Source: an uncultured Spirochaetaceae bacterium (GTDB taxonomy: Bacteria; Myxococcota_A; UBA9160; UBA4427). Taken from it: a stretch of 64,000 bases of DNA. The stretch is taken from the NCBI GenBank assembly GCA_964435795.1, contig CAYTAT010000006.1, positions 67,513-131,512 of the forward strand. Reading direction: 5' to 3'. Both the position numbers and the translations under genes were made by a program. Shown here in pieces: positions 45,450 through 53,762 of the stretch. The notes under the pieces were generated by a model. That model worked only from the letters and a program-made list of their open reading frames with translations, was not told the DNA's origin and made no database searches. Positions within the stretch are counted from its first letter, which is position 1, and each line of letters starts with the position of its first letter.

Positions 45450-46303
45450 GACCGACTCTCTTCAGTTTCGATTTCGAGGGCCACGTCTGCCGCCGGGGCC
45501 GAATGGGTCAGCGCACCGAGCGAGATGCGCTGGACACCGGCCTCTGCGTATTTGGCGACATTTTCGAGATGGATCCCTCCGGAGGCTTCCAAGAGGATAT
45601 GCGCTTCGAGTCGCTGCACGATTTCTGCGACCTGGGCCGGCGTTCGATTGTCGAGGAGCAGGAAATCCGCGCCCGCCCGACAAGCCGCCTCGGCCTGGAT
45701 CGGTGATTCCACTTCGACCTGGACCCGAATTCCCTCTGGAGCATCCCGGAGCGCATTCTCGACTGCATTCTCAACGCCGCCGGCGGCCGCGATATGGTTG
45801 TCTTTGAGCAGGATGCCGTCGTAGAGGCCCATACGATGGTTGACACCCCCCCCTGCGCTCACAGCGAATTTGTCGAGAATTCGCCAACCGGGGAGAGTCT
45901 TGCGTGTGTCGACGATCTGACACTTCGTATGCGCGACGGCCTGGACGTGGCGGTGGGTCAGCGTCGCGATTCCGCAGAGGCGTCCGAGGAAATTGAGGGC
46001 GGTACGCTCAGCCCCCAGGATGCCGCGCATGGGACCGCTGAGGCGCATCAGCACGGCGTCGGCTTGGACGAGGTCTCCTTCTGCCACCAGGCACTCGATT
46101 TCGAGTCTGCTGTCCACCGCACGGAAGACATCGGCGGCGACGAAGAGTCCGCAGGCCACCAGGGATTGCCGTGCTTCGATCCGAGCGAATCCTCCGGACG
46201 CCTCGGAGATGACCAGTTGGGATGTGATGTCTCCGGGCCCCAGATCCTCTGCGAGACCCAATTCGAGCAATTTCTGGTATTTCGAAGCTGCGGGAATTTC
46301 CAT
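45446..46303 (-). CDS. nadC: Nicotinate-nucleotide pyrophosphorylase (quinolinate phosphoribosyltransferase)
   Basis: DTRKTLPGWRILDKFAVSAGGGVNHRMGLYDGILLKDNHI. Confidence 0.95.
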   Translation of the reverse strand: MEIPAASKYQKLLELGLAEDLGPGDITSQLVISEASGGFARIEARQSLVACGLFVAADVFRAVDSRLEIECLVAEGDLVQADAVLMRLSGPMRGILGAERTALNFLGRLCGIATLTHRHVQAVAHTKCQIVDTRKTLPGWRILDKFAVSAGGGVNHRMGLYDGILLKDNHIAAAGGVENAVENALRDAPEGIRVQVEVESPIQAEAACRAGADFLLLDNRTPAQVAEIVQRLEAHILLEASGGIHLENVAKYAEAGVQRISLGALTHSAPAADVALEIETEESRS

Positions 46304-46464
46304 CGATCTTCCGGGCTGAGGTTTGGCTGGAGTCTAGCCCGGCAGGGGAGGGTTCGGGAAGGAGGGACTTTCTCAGCTCCGGATTCCCAGTCCGGCCACT
46401 TCCCCGACCCCCGCCGTCCACTTGCGAATCCGGGGTACGTGGAGGGTCCTGCTCGGGATATCTC

Positions 46465-47292
46465 TCAGCACTCGACCAGACCCTTCAGCTTCGTGCGAAG
46501 GCGCATCACGCTCTTTGTGTGGATCTGGCAGACCCGGCTTTCGGTGATCCCGAGGATGCTTCCGATTTCCTTCATGTTGAGATCTTCGTAGTAGTAGAGG
46601 GAGAGTACGAGGCGCTCCTTCTCGGGGAGTGAGCCGATCGTATCCGAAATGACATTCTTCTTTTCGAGGGTATTTATGGAGTCGAAAGGGTTTTCCGAGT
46701 TGACGTCCTCGATGATGTCCGAGAAGGTTCCAGCGCTGTCTCCATCCGAATTGGTGCCCCTCACTTCTTCGAGATTGATCATCGAAATCCCACGAACCTG
46801 GTTGACCAGGGTATGGAATTTATCCATCTCAAGTCCCATGCTCTCGGCCACTTCATTCTCGGTGGCTGTTCTTCCGACGCGGCGTTCGACGTCGACATAA
46901 GCATTTTCCAGCTGCCGACCCTTCTGGCGAACGCTTCGCGGAACCCAGTCGAGGGAGCGGAGTTGGTCCAGGATTGCGCCCTTGATCCGGAATTCTGCGT
47001 AGGTCTTGAACTTGCAGTTCTTGTCCGGATCGTATTTCTCGACGGCATCCATCAGTCCCATGACTCCGGTGCTATAGAGATCGTCGAGGTCGATGTGGGA
47101 TGGAAGCCTTACGGAGATCCGATTGACCACATAGCGTACCAAGGGGGTATGCTCCAAGATGACTTCTTCGCGAATCGCCGGAGGCACTTCACCGTGATTT
47201 CGCTTGGCTTCCTTCAGCACTGTCTCCATCCGTCCAACCGTCTGTCGTTGTGCGTCCATGTTGGTCATTCCCCGTGTTGGTTCAGCCGACAT
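46465..47292 (-). CDS. RNA polymerase sigma factor, FliA/WhiG (sigma-28) family
   Basis: Region 2 (LMDAVEKYDPDKNCKFKTYAEFRIKGAILDQLR), region 3, and region 4 (LVLSLYYYEDLNMKEIGSILGITESRVCQIHTKSVMRLR). Confidence 0.9.
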   Translation of the reverse strand: MSAEPTRGMTNMDAQRQTVGRMETVLKEAKRNHGEVPPAIREEVILEHTPLVRYVVNRISVRLPSHIDLDDLYSTGVMGLMDAVEKYDPDKNCKFKTYAEFRIKGAILDQLRSLDWVPRSVRQKGRQLENAYVDVERRVGRTATENEVAESMGLEMDKFHTLVNQVRGISMINLEEVRGTNSDGDSAGTFSDIIEDVNSENPFDSINTLEKKNVISDTIGSLPEKERLVLSLYYYEDLNMKEIGSILGITESRVCQIHTKSVMRLRTKLKGLVEC

Positions 47293-47325
47293 TTTGTGGC
47301 TGACTGAGTCGATACGGTCCTATAG

Positions 47326-47341
47326 AGCACGGACCGTGCCA
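47326..47341 (-). promoter_or_regulatory. Candidate sigma-54 (-24/-12) promoter for the sigma-28-family gene
   Basis: The minus strand reads TTGGCACGGTCCGTGCT versus consensus TGGCACG-N4-TTGCW. GG and GC have exact spacing, with one mismatch. The element ends 34 nt upstream of ATG 47292. Confidence 0.5.
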
Positions 47342-47421
47342 ATCCGTCTAGGCACACTGGAAAAAACCTCAATCCGCGGGATTTTTTTGAATTCGGTTTC
47401 TAAAAATGGATCTATCCCGTC

Positions 47422-47445
47422 GGAATCCCTAAAGATCTGGGATTC
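47422..47445. promoter_or_regulatory. Inverted repeat, candidate enhancer-binding-protein site (UAS)
   Basis: GGAATCCC-N9-GGGATTC, about 90 bp upstream of the candidate -24 element. Confidence 0.3.
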
Positions 47446-47833
47446 TCAAGCAGCCGCTGCCTGCGCATTTATTTTCATGGCTGATTCTGGACCGAGCGCC
47501 CCGGGATCGGGCCCGCACCCTGCCTCTCCGAGGATCGCCCCATTGCGTTCATTTGAGGTGTTCCAAAGCGTTCGACTTTGCGCATCGCTCCGCGTCGATT
47601 CCCGAGAAGAGTGAATCCGGCGCCCTTTGGGCGGGGGAAGGGGGGCGGGCCGGGCTCCCGTTGCCTCCGAGAGAGCCCACGACGCTGGCAAGGCGTCTCC
47701 CCCCCCCTGTCTTTCCGGGGGCGCTCCCCCAAGGGGGGCACTCGAAATGGCGGTTTGCGGGGCGGGGCAGCCGTCGGAGCGTCGTGGGCTTTCCTGAGCC
47801 CCCCGAAACCAGTAGCGGGAGAGAGATCCGGTC

Positions 47834-49150
47834 TTACGCCATTTCGTCGCGACCGAGACGACGCAGGAAGTCCATATCCTGATCCTGGCTGTTCTTGGCC
47901 CCGACGGTCAGGATCCGGAAACGACGTTGTTTGCCCCGGGTGTAGTAGATGCGTCCCTTGCCCGCGAAGCCCAACTCGAAAATATGGAGATAGTTGGGCA
48001 GTCCCCCGACCTTGCGGCGGACGGCGACATTGTCGGATTCCTCGGCGAGGCGCTTGAGGCCCTCTTCGGCCTTCAATTTCATGCCCTCATCCCTCAATGC
48101 GATGATCTTGTTGATCGCGTTGTCGTCGATTTCGAGGGTCTTGTAGAGGGTGCGTAGTCGTCGGGCCAGGAGATCGCTTCCCTTGCCCGAGGGACCGCCC
48201 GACCCCCTGGAGGCCTTCTTCAGATTCTGGCCGAGTTCCCGGATTTCCTCATCCTTGGAAGAGATGTCCGAGGCGGCTTCCTCGAGCAAATCCTCCAGCG
48301 CCTGCACTTCCTGGGATAGTTCGATCGCCTGATCGGCAGAACCGCGGAGTTCTTCCTCCCGTGCGGCCAGGCTGCCGAGTTGCTTCTGCAATCCTTCGCG
48401 TTCGATTTGCAGGGTGGAGATCTCCGCACCCAGAGCCTTTTCGGTCGGCTCCACCCCCTCGAGTTGTCTGCGTGCCTGCTGGAGTTCGCCTTCGATTTCC
48501 GATGCGCGGTGCCGGGCTTCGTCCCGCAGGGTCACGGCATTGTTCATCTGACGGGTATAGCGGCGCTGGTTGATGCGATTGTATTGGTAGAGCCCCGAGA
48601 GAAGGAATGAGGCGTAGAAAATCAGAACAGCATTCGCGAGCAATGAGTTGTGGGGGACCGTCACGGAGACGTCGCTCGAGGCGGGCAGCAATTCAACGGC
48701 CTGGCGGAGTACCCCGGTAGGGGGCAAACCCTCCGGCTGCGGGCCGATGTGGCCGTGTACATAGAGCCATGTAATGCCGTCGCTTGCGAGTACGAGCGTG
48801 GTGACTCGCACCCCTCCGATCGTAACCCAAGCGGATTTTTCGATGGCCACCGTCATGGCACGCTGAATTTGACTCGCGACGGGTTCGTCGAGTTGCGTGA
48901 CGTGAGCCGCCCGGTTGGCACGCTCCTGGAACTCCTGGTCGAGGCCGAATTCCAGCAGGCGTATCGTGGTGATGTAGAGGAGCAGGAAGAGGAAGACCGC
49001 GATGTAGATGACCCGAAAGGAAAGGCCCTTGCCCCGGCCGAGGTGACCGCCGCCGAGGCCGAAGCGTTTGGAGAGAGACGAGTTCGATATCAACTGAGCG
49101 GAGTCGACCATGCTTGCATGAAGCATACAACGACCCGGCGCCGTGGCCAA
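47834..49150 (-). CDS. 2-TM membrane protein with cytoplasmic coiled coil and C-terminal RelE/ParE-HigB(Gp49)-like domain
   Basis: TM1 VIYIAVFLFLLLYITTI, TM2 LLANAVLIFYASFLLSGLY, a heptad-rich region, then PNYLHIFELGFAGKGRIYYTRGKQRRFRILTVGAKNSQ. Start ambiguous: TTG 49150, or ATG 49126/49111. Confidence 0.6.
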   Translation of the reverse strand: MATAPGRCMLHASMVDSAQLISNSSLSKRFGLGGGHLGRGKGLSFRVIYIAVFLFLLLYITTIRLLEFGLDQEFQERANRAAHVTQLDEPVASQIQRAMTVAIEKSAWVTIGGVRVTTLVLASDGITWLYVHGHIGPQPEGLPPTGVLRQAVELLPASSDVSVTVPHNSLLANAVLIFYASFLLSGLYQYNRINQRRYTRQMNNAVTLRDEARHRASEIEGELQQARRQLEGVEPTEKALGAEISTLQIEREGLQKQLGSLAAREEELRGSADQAIELSQEVQALEDLLEEAASDISSKDEEIRELGQNLKKASRGSGGPSGKGSDLLARRLRTLYKTLEIDDNAINKIIALRDEGMKLKAEEGLKRLAEESDNVAVRRKVGGLPNYLHIFELGFAGKGRIYYTRGKQRRFRILTVGAKNSQDQDMDFLRRLGRDEMA

Positions 49151-49246
49151 AGAGGGAGCCGATTGAAGGTCGAAGCCGACCGGATTGTCGCTCTTGATTC
49201 GGGGATCGGCTTCGGACAGGGTCGGCTTTGCGGGCTAGACTGCATC

Positions 49247-50044
49247 ATGATGAGAGTGGTCGATCTAGATCGAGACATGAGCGACGTCATCCCGACGGGA
49301 CTGACTCCGGATAGCGAGTTCCTCTTCGAGCGGATGACGAGGGTCTCCCTGCAGCGGACCGGCGCGGGTCCTGGGAAGCGGATTCTCGATGTGGCCAGTG
49401 GAGTCGGACAGGATTCGATCGCGTTGGCGGCACTCGGGGCCAGCGTGGTGGGTGCCGAGCCCTCGGGGCGTATGACGGGTATGGCGAGGCTCTTCGCGGC
49501 GGATCGCGGAGGCCCCATGCCGGATTGGGTGAGGGGCTGGTCGGATCGGCTTCCCTTTGCGACCGGCAGCTTCGACGCCTGTGTGTGCAAGGGAGCGCTG
49601 GACCATTTCGACGCCCCGGAGAAGGCGATTGGGGAAATGTCCAGAGTGACCCGATGCGACGGTCGCGTGGTACTCGCGATCGCGAATTTCGAGTCCCTCG
49701 CCTGCCGCATGGGTCGATTCGTCGATGACTTTCGGCAGGATATGCTCGGCTGGGAACCGATTCGACCCCGTCGGGGCTACGACGCGCCCAGCGATCACTT
49801 TACGCGCTATGAGCCCGAACTGATCCGTGAACAGGCGGAAAAAAGTCTGATCATCGAAAGTCTGGAAGGGATCTCCGCGGGATGGGGTATGCCCGGCTGG
49901 TCGTATTGGAGCAGTCAAATCCCACGTCCCCTTGCCGACGTCGCCGTCCGAAGCTTGGATCGCGTGGGGCGTCAGTGGCCGGTTCTGTCGGATGTCATCG
50001 TGCTGGCAGGTCGTCCGCGCCGTTCCTCCAATACTTCCGCATAG
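49247..50044 (+). CDS. Class I SAM-dependent methyltransferase
   Basis: Motif I ILDVASGVGQD and post-I acidic VVGAEPS, plus FDACVCKGALDHF. Start ambiguous (ATG 49247 or 49277). Confidence 0.75.
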   Translation: MMRVVDLDRDMSDVIPTGLTPDSEFLFERMTRVSLQRTGAGPGKRILDVASGVGQDSIALAALGASVVGAEPSGRMTGMARLFAADRGGPMPDWVRGWSDRLPFATGSFDACVCKGALDHFDAPEKAIGEMSRVTRCDGRVVLAIANFESLACRMGRFVDDFRQDMLGWEPIRPRRGYDAPSDHFTRYEPELIREQAEKSLIIESLEGISAGWGMPGWSYWSSQIPRPLADVAVRSLDRVGRQWPVLSDVIVLAGRPRRSSNTSA

Positions 50045-51288
50045 CCCCTGGCGGTAGCCAGGGCGACGCCTCGCCAGGAGAGGTGTTCGACGACCCGATT
50101 CCTGGCTCGCTTGCCGAGCATTCTCCGCTCTTCGGGCGCTTCCATCAGGCGGCGTATTCCGGCCGCCAATGCCTGGGCGGAATCCTTTTCGACCAGCAGG
50201 CCCCCTCCGCAGAGGGCCATCACCTCGGGCAGGGCCCCGGCGCGGCAGGCCACGACGGGAGTGCCACAGGCCATGGCTTCCACGGCCGGCAATCCAAAGC
50301 CCTCGTATCGGGAGGGCACGACGCTGAGGGCAGCGCGCCGGTAATGGGCGAGCAGATGCTCCACCTTGAGTCTCCCCGTGACCCGAAGGCGATGCGAAAC
50401 CCCGACTTCCGAGGCCCATTTGAAGACGTCGTTCCCCGGATGGTCGTTGTCTACGAGGGTCAGGGTCAACTCCTCGGGAAGCAGGGCGAGAGCGCGAATG
50501 AGAGTGCGAATTCCCTTGTTGGGATCCGAGGCCCGGCCGACGCAGAGGATTTCGGTCTGGCTTCGGCGGATATTTTCATCCGGGCTGTAGAGTTCCGTGT
50601 CGATGCCGTTGAGCACGTTGCGCATACGTTCGGCCGACACTCCGAAATCCTTCGCAATCGTCTGGGCACTTTCCTCTGAGGAGGTGAAGATGCGATCGAG
50701 GTGTCGGGCGACGAATGCCTGCATGCCGATCGGGTAGAAGAACATCGACCCCAGGGCATCTCGAAAACTTTCGTCTCGAATGAAGGAGGCGCGGCGATCC
50801 ACCGTCAGGGGGTGATGGATCGTGGTCACGACGGGCAGGCCGAGAGATCTGAGTCCCAGCAGGCCGTAGCCAAGGCATTGTACGTCGTGCACGAGGTCCC
50901 AGCGCTCACCCTGCTTCAGCCGCTGGGATAGATGCTGAAAGGCACGCAGGCTGAAAGCGAAGGGCTCGGGAAGAAAGCCGAGACGACTGGCGCCCAGTTC
51001 ATAGAGGTTGAGCGGGGCCAGGGCGCGAATCGCTCCGCCGTCCGGAATCATCCCCGGGTAGTCGCGGGTGAACCATTTCGCCCAATGCTCCTGGTTGTCG
51101 ACTTCCTCGACACTTCGCGCAAAGGGCATCGGATCCGGGTAGGGGGGGCCGACGACGACGTCGACTTCGATTCCCAGCCGAACGAGCTCCCGGGCGAGGA
51201 AGTAGAGATAGATTCCCTGCCCACCGCATGCCATGTTGCCGCGATAGGCGACGAAACAGATGCGGCGAGGTTCCGGGGCCTCAGGCAC
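49972..51288 (-). CDS. Glycosyltransferase family 4 (GT-B), paralog A
   Basis: RICFVAYRGNMACGGQGIYLYFLARELVRLGIEVDVVVGPPYP and a C-terminal SRYEGFGLPAVEAMACGTPVVA. Confidence 0.85.
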   Translation of the reverse strand: MPEAPEPRRICFVAYRGNMACGGQGIYLYFLARELVRLGIEVDVVVGPPYPDPMPFARSVEEVDNQEHWAKWFTRDYPGMIPDGGAIRALAPLNLYELGASRLGFLPEPFAFSLRAFQHLSQRLKQGERWDLVHDVQCLGYGLLGLRSLGLPVVTTIHHPLTVDRRASFIRDESFRDALGSMFFYPIGMQAFVARHLDRIFTSSEESAQTIAKDFGVSAERMRNVLNGIDTELYSPDENIRRSQTEILCVGRASDPNKGIRTLIRALALLPEELTLTLVDNDHPGNDVFKWASEVGVSHRLRVTGRLKVEHLLAHYRRAALSVVPSRYEGFGLPAVEAMACGTPVVACRAGALPEVMALCGGGLLVEKDSAQALAAGIRRLMEAPEERRMLGKRARNRVVEHLSWRGVALATARGYAEVLEERRGRPASTMTSDRTGH

Positions 51289-51991
51289 GGCCAGGCTTTT
51301 CGGCGTAGAGAATCAGGCTCTTGGGGCAGATCCGGTTGAGAACCTCTTTCTCTATCCGATCCATCAGCTGGGATCCCGTGATCTGGATCAGGAACTTTCT
51401 GTAGAACTGAACGAGGCGGCTCTCGTCGGCGGAGGGCAGGTTGACGATCGAGCGCAGGACCCAGTAGGGGGTATGGAATCCATGGGCGAAGCCCACCCCC
51501 CGGGTTCCGAGACCGGCTCGAGCCAGCCCCTCTGCGAGTTGCCTCGGCTTGAAGATTCGGATATGTCCGCCCGGGCTCTCGAAGTAGTCATCTCCGAGGC
51601 GCAGGTAGAGGTGCTCGCTCGTCTGGGTCGGAATCGTAATGGCCAATTTTCCGCCGGGACGAGTGACCCGGGCCAACTCGCGGATGGCCGCCGGGTAGTC
51701 ATGGACGTGCTCCATCACCTCCGAGCAGATGACGCGGTCGAATGTATCGTCGCGATAGGGGAGATGAAATGCATCTCCCTGGTTCATTTCGCCCAGGGAG
51801 CTCAATTCGCCCGCTCTTTCCCGCAACCGCCGTGAGGCCAGCCGCAGGGAGTCGAAGTCGAGGTCGAGTCCAACCACCCGCGCCCCCCGCTCCAGGCAGC
51901 CGAAGCAATGCCTTCCCTCACCGCAGCCCGCATCGAGGACGAGGTTTCCGGGAGCGACGTCAAGCCGCTCGAGATCGACCGTCAGCAGCAC
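51281..51991 (-). CDS. Class I SAM-dependent methyltransferase
   Basis: VLDAGCGEGRH, VVGLDLD and FDRVICSEVMEHV motifs. Start uncertain: GTG 51991 has a GAGGAA RBS; upstream ATGs would overlap GT4 paralog B by more than 100 nt. Confidence 0.7.
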   Translation of the reverse strand: MLLTVDLERLDVAPGNLVLDAGCGEGRHCFGCLERGARVVGLDLDFDSLRLASRRLRERAGELSSLGEMNQGDAFHLPYRDDTFDRVICSEVMEHVHDYPAAIRELARVTRPGGKLAITIPTQTSEHLYLRLGDDYFESPGGHIRIFKPRQLAEGLARAGLGTRGVGFAHGFHTPYWVLRSIVNLPSADESRLVQFYRKFLIQITGSQLMDRIEKEVLNRICPKSLILYAEKPGRA

Positions 51992-53219
51992 GGAGGGTTT
52001 CCTCGAATACGTCGACCAGGCCGGCGGCCGCGTCGCTCCATTGGAAGATGCGCTCGACTCTCCTACGCGCCGCTCGGCCGATCCGGGCCGTCTTCTCGGG
52101 ATTCGAGAGGACATCGGCCATTGCATCCGCGAGAGCTCGTGGGTCGCGCTGGGGGACGAGCCGCCCGGCTCGACCATCGGTACCCACCACCTCGGGCAGG
52201 GCACCAGCGGCATTGGCGATCACCGCGAGTCCACAGGCCATGGCTTCACTGGCCGGGAAGCCGAAGCCTTCGAAGAAGGAGGGAACGATTGCGACTCGGG
52301 CGGTCGAGTATTGGGCGACCAATTCCTCGGTCGTGAGCATTCTGTCGACGATCTTCACGCGATCCTGGAGGCCATATTTCGAGATCAGGCGCGGGACCAG
52401 GCCGTCGCTCGGGATTCGACCGTCAACGATCTTGAGGGTGGTCTCTTCGGGCAGCATCGACAGCGCTTCGAACATCGTGCCGATTCCCTTCTTTCGATCC
52501 TCCGTGCGCCCGACAAAGAGCATATCGGTTTCTTTTTCGATTTCGGGGATGGGTCGGAAGAGCGCTGTATCCGTGCCGTTGTAGACCACGGGCACATCCT
52601 TGCGCGAAATTCCGAAATAGCGCTCGATCTCCTGGGCCGATGCCTGGCTGACCGTGACAATGCGGTCGAGGCGGGGAGCCACCTGCTGTTGCATGAAGAG
52701 CGGAAAGTAGAGCGTGCGCTTGATCTTCTTGATGAGACGGGGGTCGATCGAGTAGTCGGCTTCCCGGTCGATGTGCAGGGGGTGATGGATGACCGAAACC
52801 ACTGGAGTGCCCATCGCCCGAATTCCCAACAAGCCCCAGGAAAGACATTGGTTGTCGAAGACGATGTCGAAATGGTGTCGCTCCTGAATTTCCTTCCAAC
52901 GTCTCATCAGGCGGATTCCGAAGGTCTGCATTTCGGGGAAGACGCCAAAACGCGAAACACCGAGTTCCCATAGGCTCATCGGCTTCAACAGGGAGAAGGG
53001 ATTCTGCGGATCGAAGAAATCCTTCATCTCGCCCGCGAAGACATTGTCATTCGGAATCTCGTGCAGCGGAATTCCAGCCGCCAATTCGGGTAGGGGAGGC
53101 CCCGCAAAAACGTGGACGTCATGCCCGGCCCTTTGCCATTCGCGCGCCAGATAGGCCGCGTAGATTCCCTGACCTCCGCAGAACATATTTCCACGGTATG
53201 TAAGCAGCGCGATTCTCAT
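51960..53219 (-). CDS. Glycosyltransferase family 4 (GT-B), paralog B
   Basis: RIALLTYRGNMFCGGQGIYAAYLAREWQRAGHDVHVFAGPPLP and SFFEGFGFPASEAMACGLAVIA. ATG at 53219. Confidence 0.85.
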   Translation of the reverse strand: MRIALLTYRGNMFCGGQGIYAAYLAREWQRAGHDVHVFAGPPLPELAAGIPLHEIPNDNVFAGEMKDFFDPQNPFSLLKPMSLWELGVSRFGVFPEMQTFGIRLMRRWKEIQERHHFDIVFDNQCLSWGLLGIRAMGTPVVSVIHHPLHIDREADYSIDPRLIKKIKRTLYFPLFMQQQVAPRLDRIVTVSQASAQEIERYFGISRKDVPVVYNGTDTALFRPIPEIEKETDMLFVGRTEDRKKGIGTMFEALSMLPEETTLKIVDGRIPSDGLVPRLISKYGLQDRVKIVDRMLTTEELVAQYSTARVAIVPSFFEGFGFPASEAMACGLAVIANAAGALPEVVGTDGRAGRLVPQRDPRALADAMADVLSNPEKTARIGRAARRRVERIFQWSDAAAGLVDVFEETLRAADGRSRAA

Positions 53220-53232
53220 CTGCGAATTCCGA

Positions 53233-53496
53233 TCAGGCCGGGTCGCCGGCGGGGTTGTCCCCCTCGCTGGCGGGCTCCGTGGATAGAATCTCGGGTGCCG
53301 GATCCACCTCGACCTGGATAGTGGCAATGGTGTATCCCACCCAGCCCGCAAGACCGAGAACGAAGAGGGTCAGGATGCCCACGGGCAGGGCGACGGCCCA
53401 ATAGCTCCCGCTCAGCAGGCCGATGATGAAGATGAGGGCGAGAGCGGCTGCACCGAAACAGATCGCCCAGCCCTGAATTCGCGAGGCTTCGTTCAT
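53233..53496 (-). CDS. Hypothetical small 2-TM membrane protein
   Basis: Two hydrophobic helices (GWAICFGAAALALIFIIGLL; AVALPVGILTLFVLGLAGWV). Lies immediately upstream of GT4 paralog B. Confidence 0.45.
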   Translation of the reverse strand: MNEASRIQGWAICFGAAALALIFIIGLLSGSYWAVALPVGILTLFVLGLAGWVGYTIATIQVEVDPAPEILSTEPASEGDNPAGDPA

Positions 53497-53762
53497 GCTT
53501 CTCTATTCTCCGATGGGTCGAATTGAGGAGGGGGTCCAGGGGACCGTGAGCCCCGACGGCTCACTCGACGCTGCTGCGGAAGCTGCGCCGAGACGGCATC
53601 TTGTCGGGCGAGTGGGGTTTCCACGGAGCGCCCGAAAGGCCGTAATGGTGAACGATTCTCCTGCTCTGTCAAGTACTTGCTGATTCAATGTTGTGGTGTT
53701 GCTCGAAGGCCGGATCGAAGCCCGCAACCCCGGGGCTCGGGATTCGCCCTAAGATTAGCCCC

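Noticed and set aside
47479-47491. GGCTGATTCTGGA, resembling the 5-prime end of tmRNA (GGGGCUGAUUCUGGAUUCGAC)
   Set aside because: In the following ~400 nt there is no matching 3-prime acceptor strand, no T-arm (GGTTCGAATCC-like), no tag reading frame and no CCA end.
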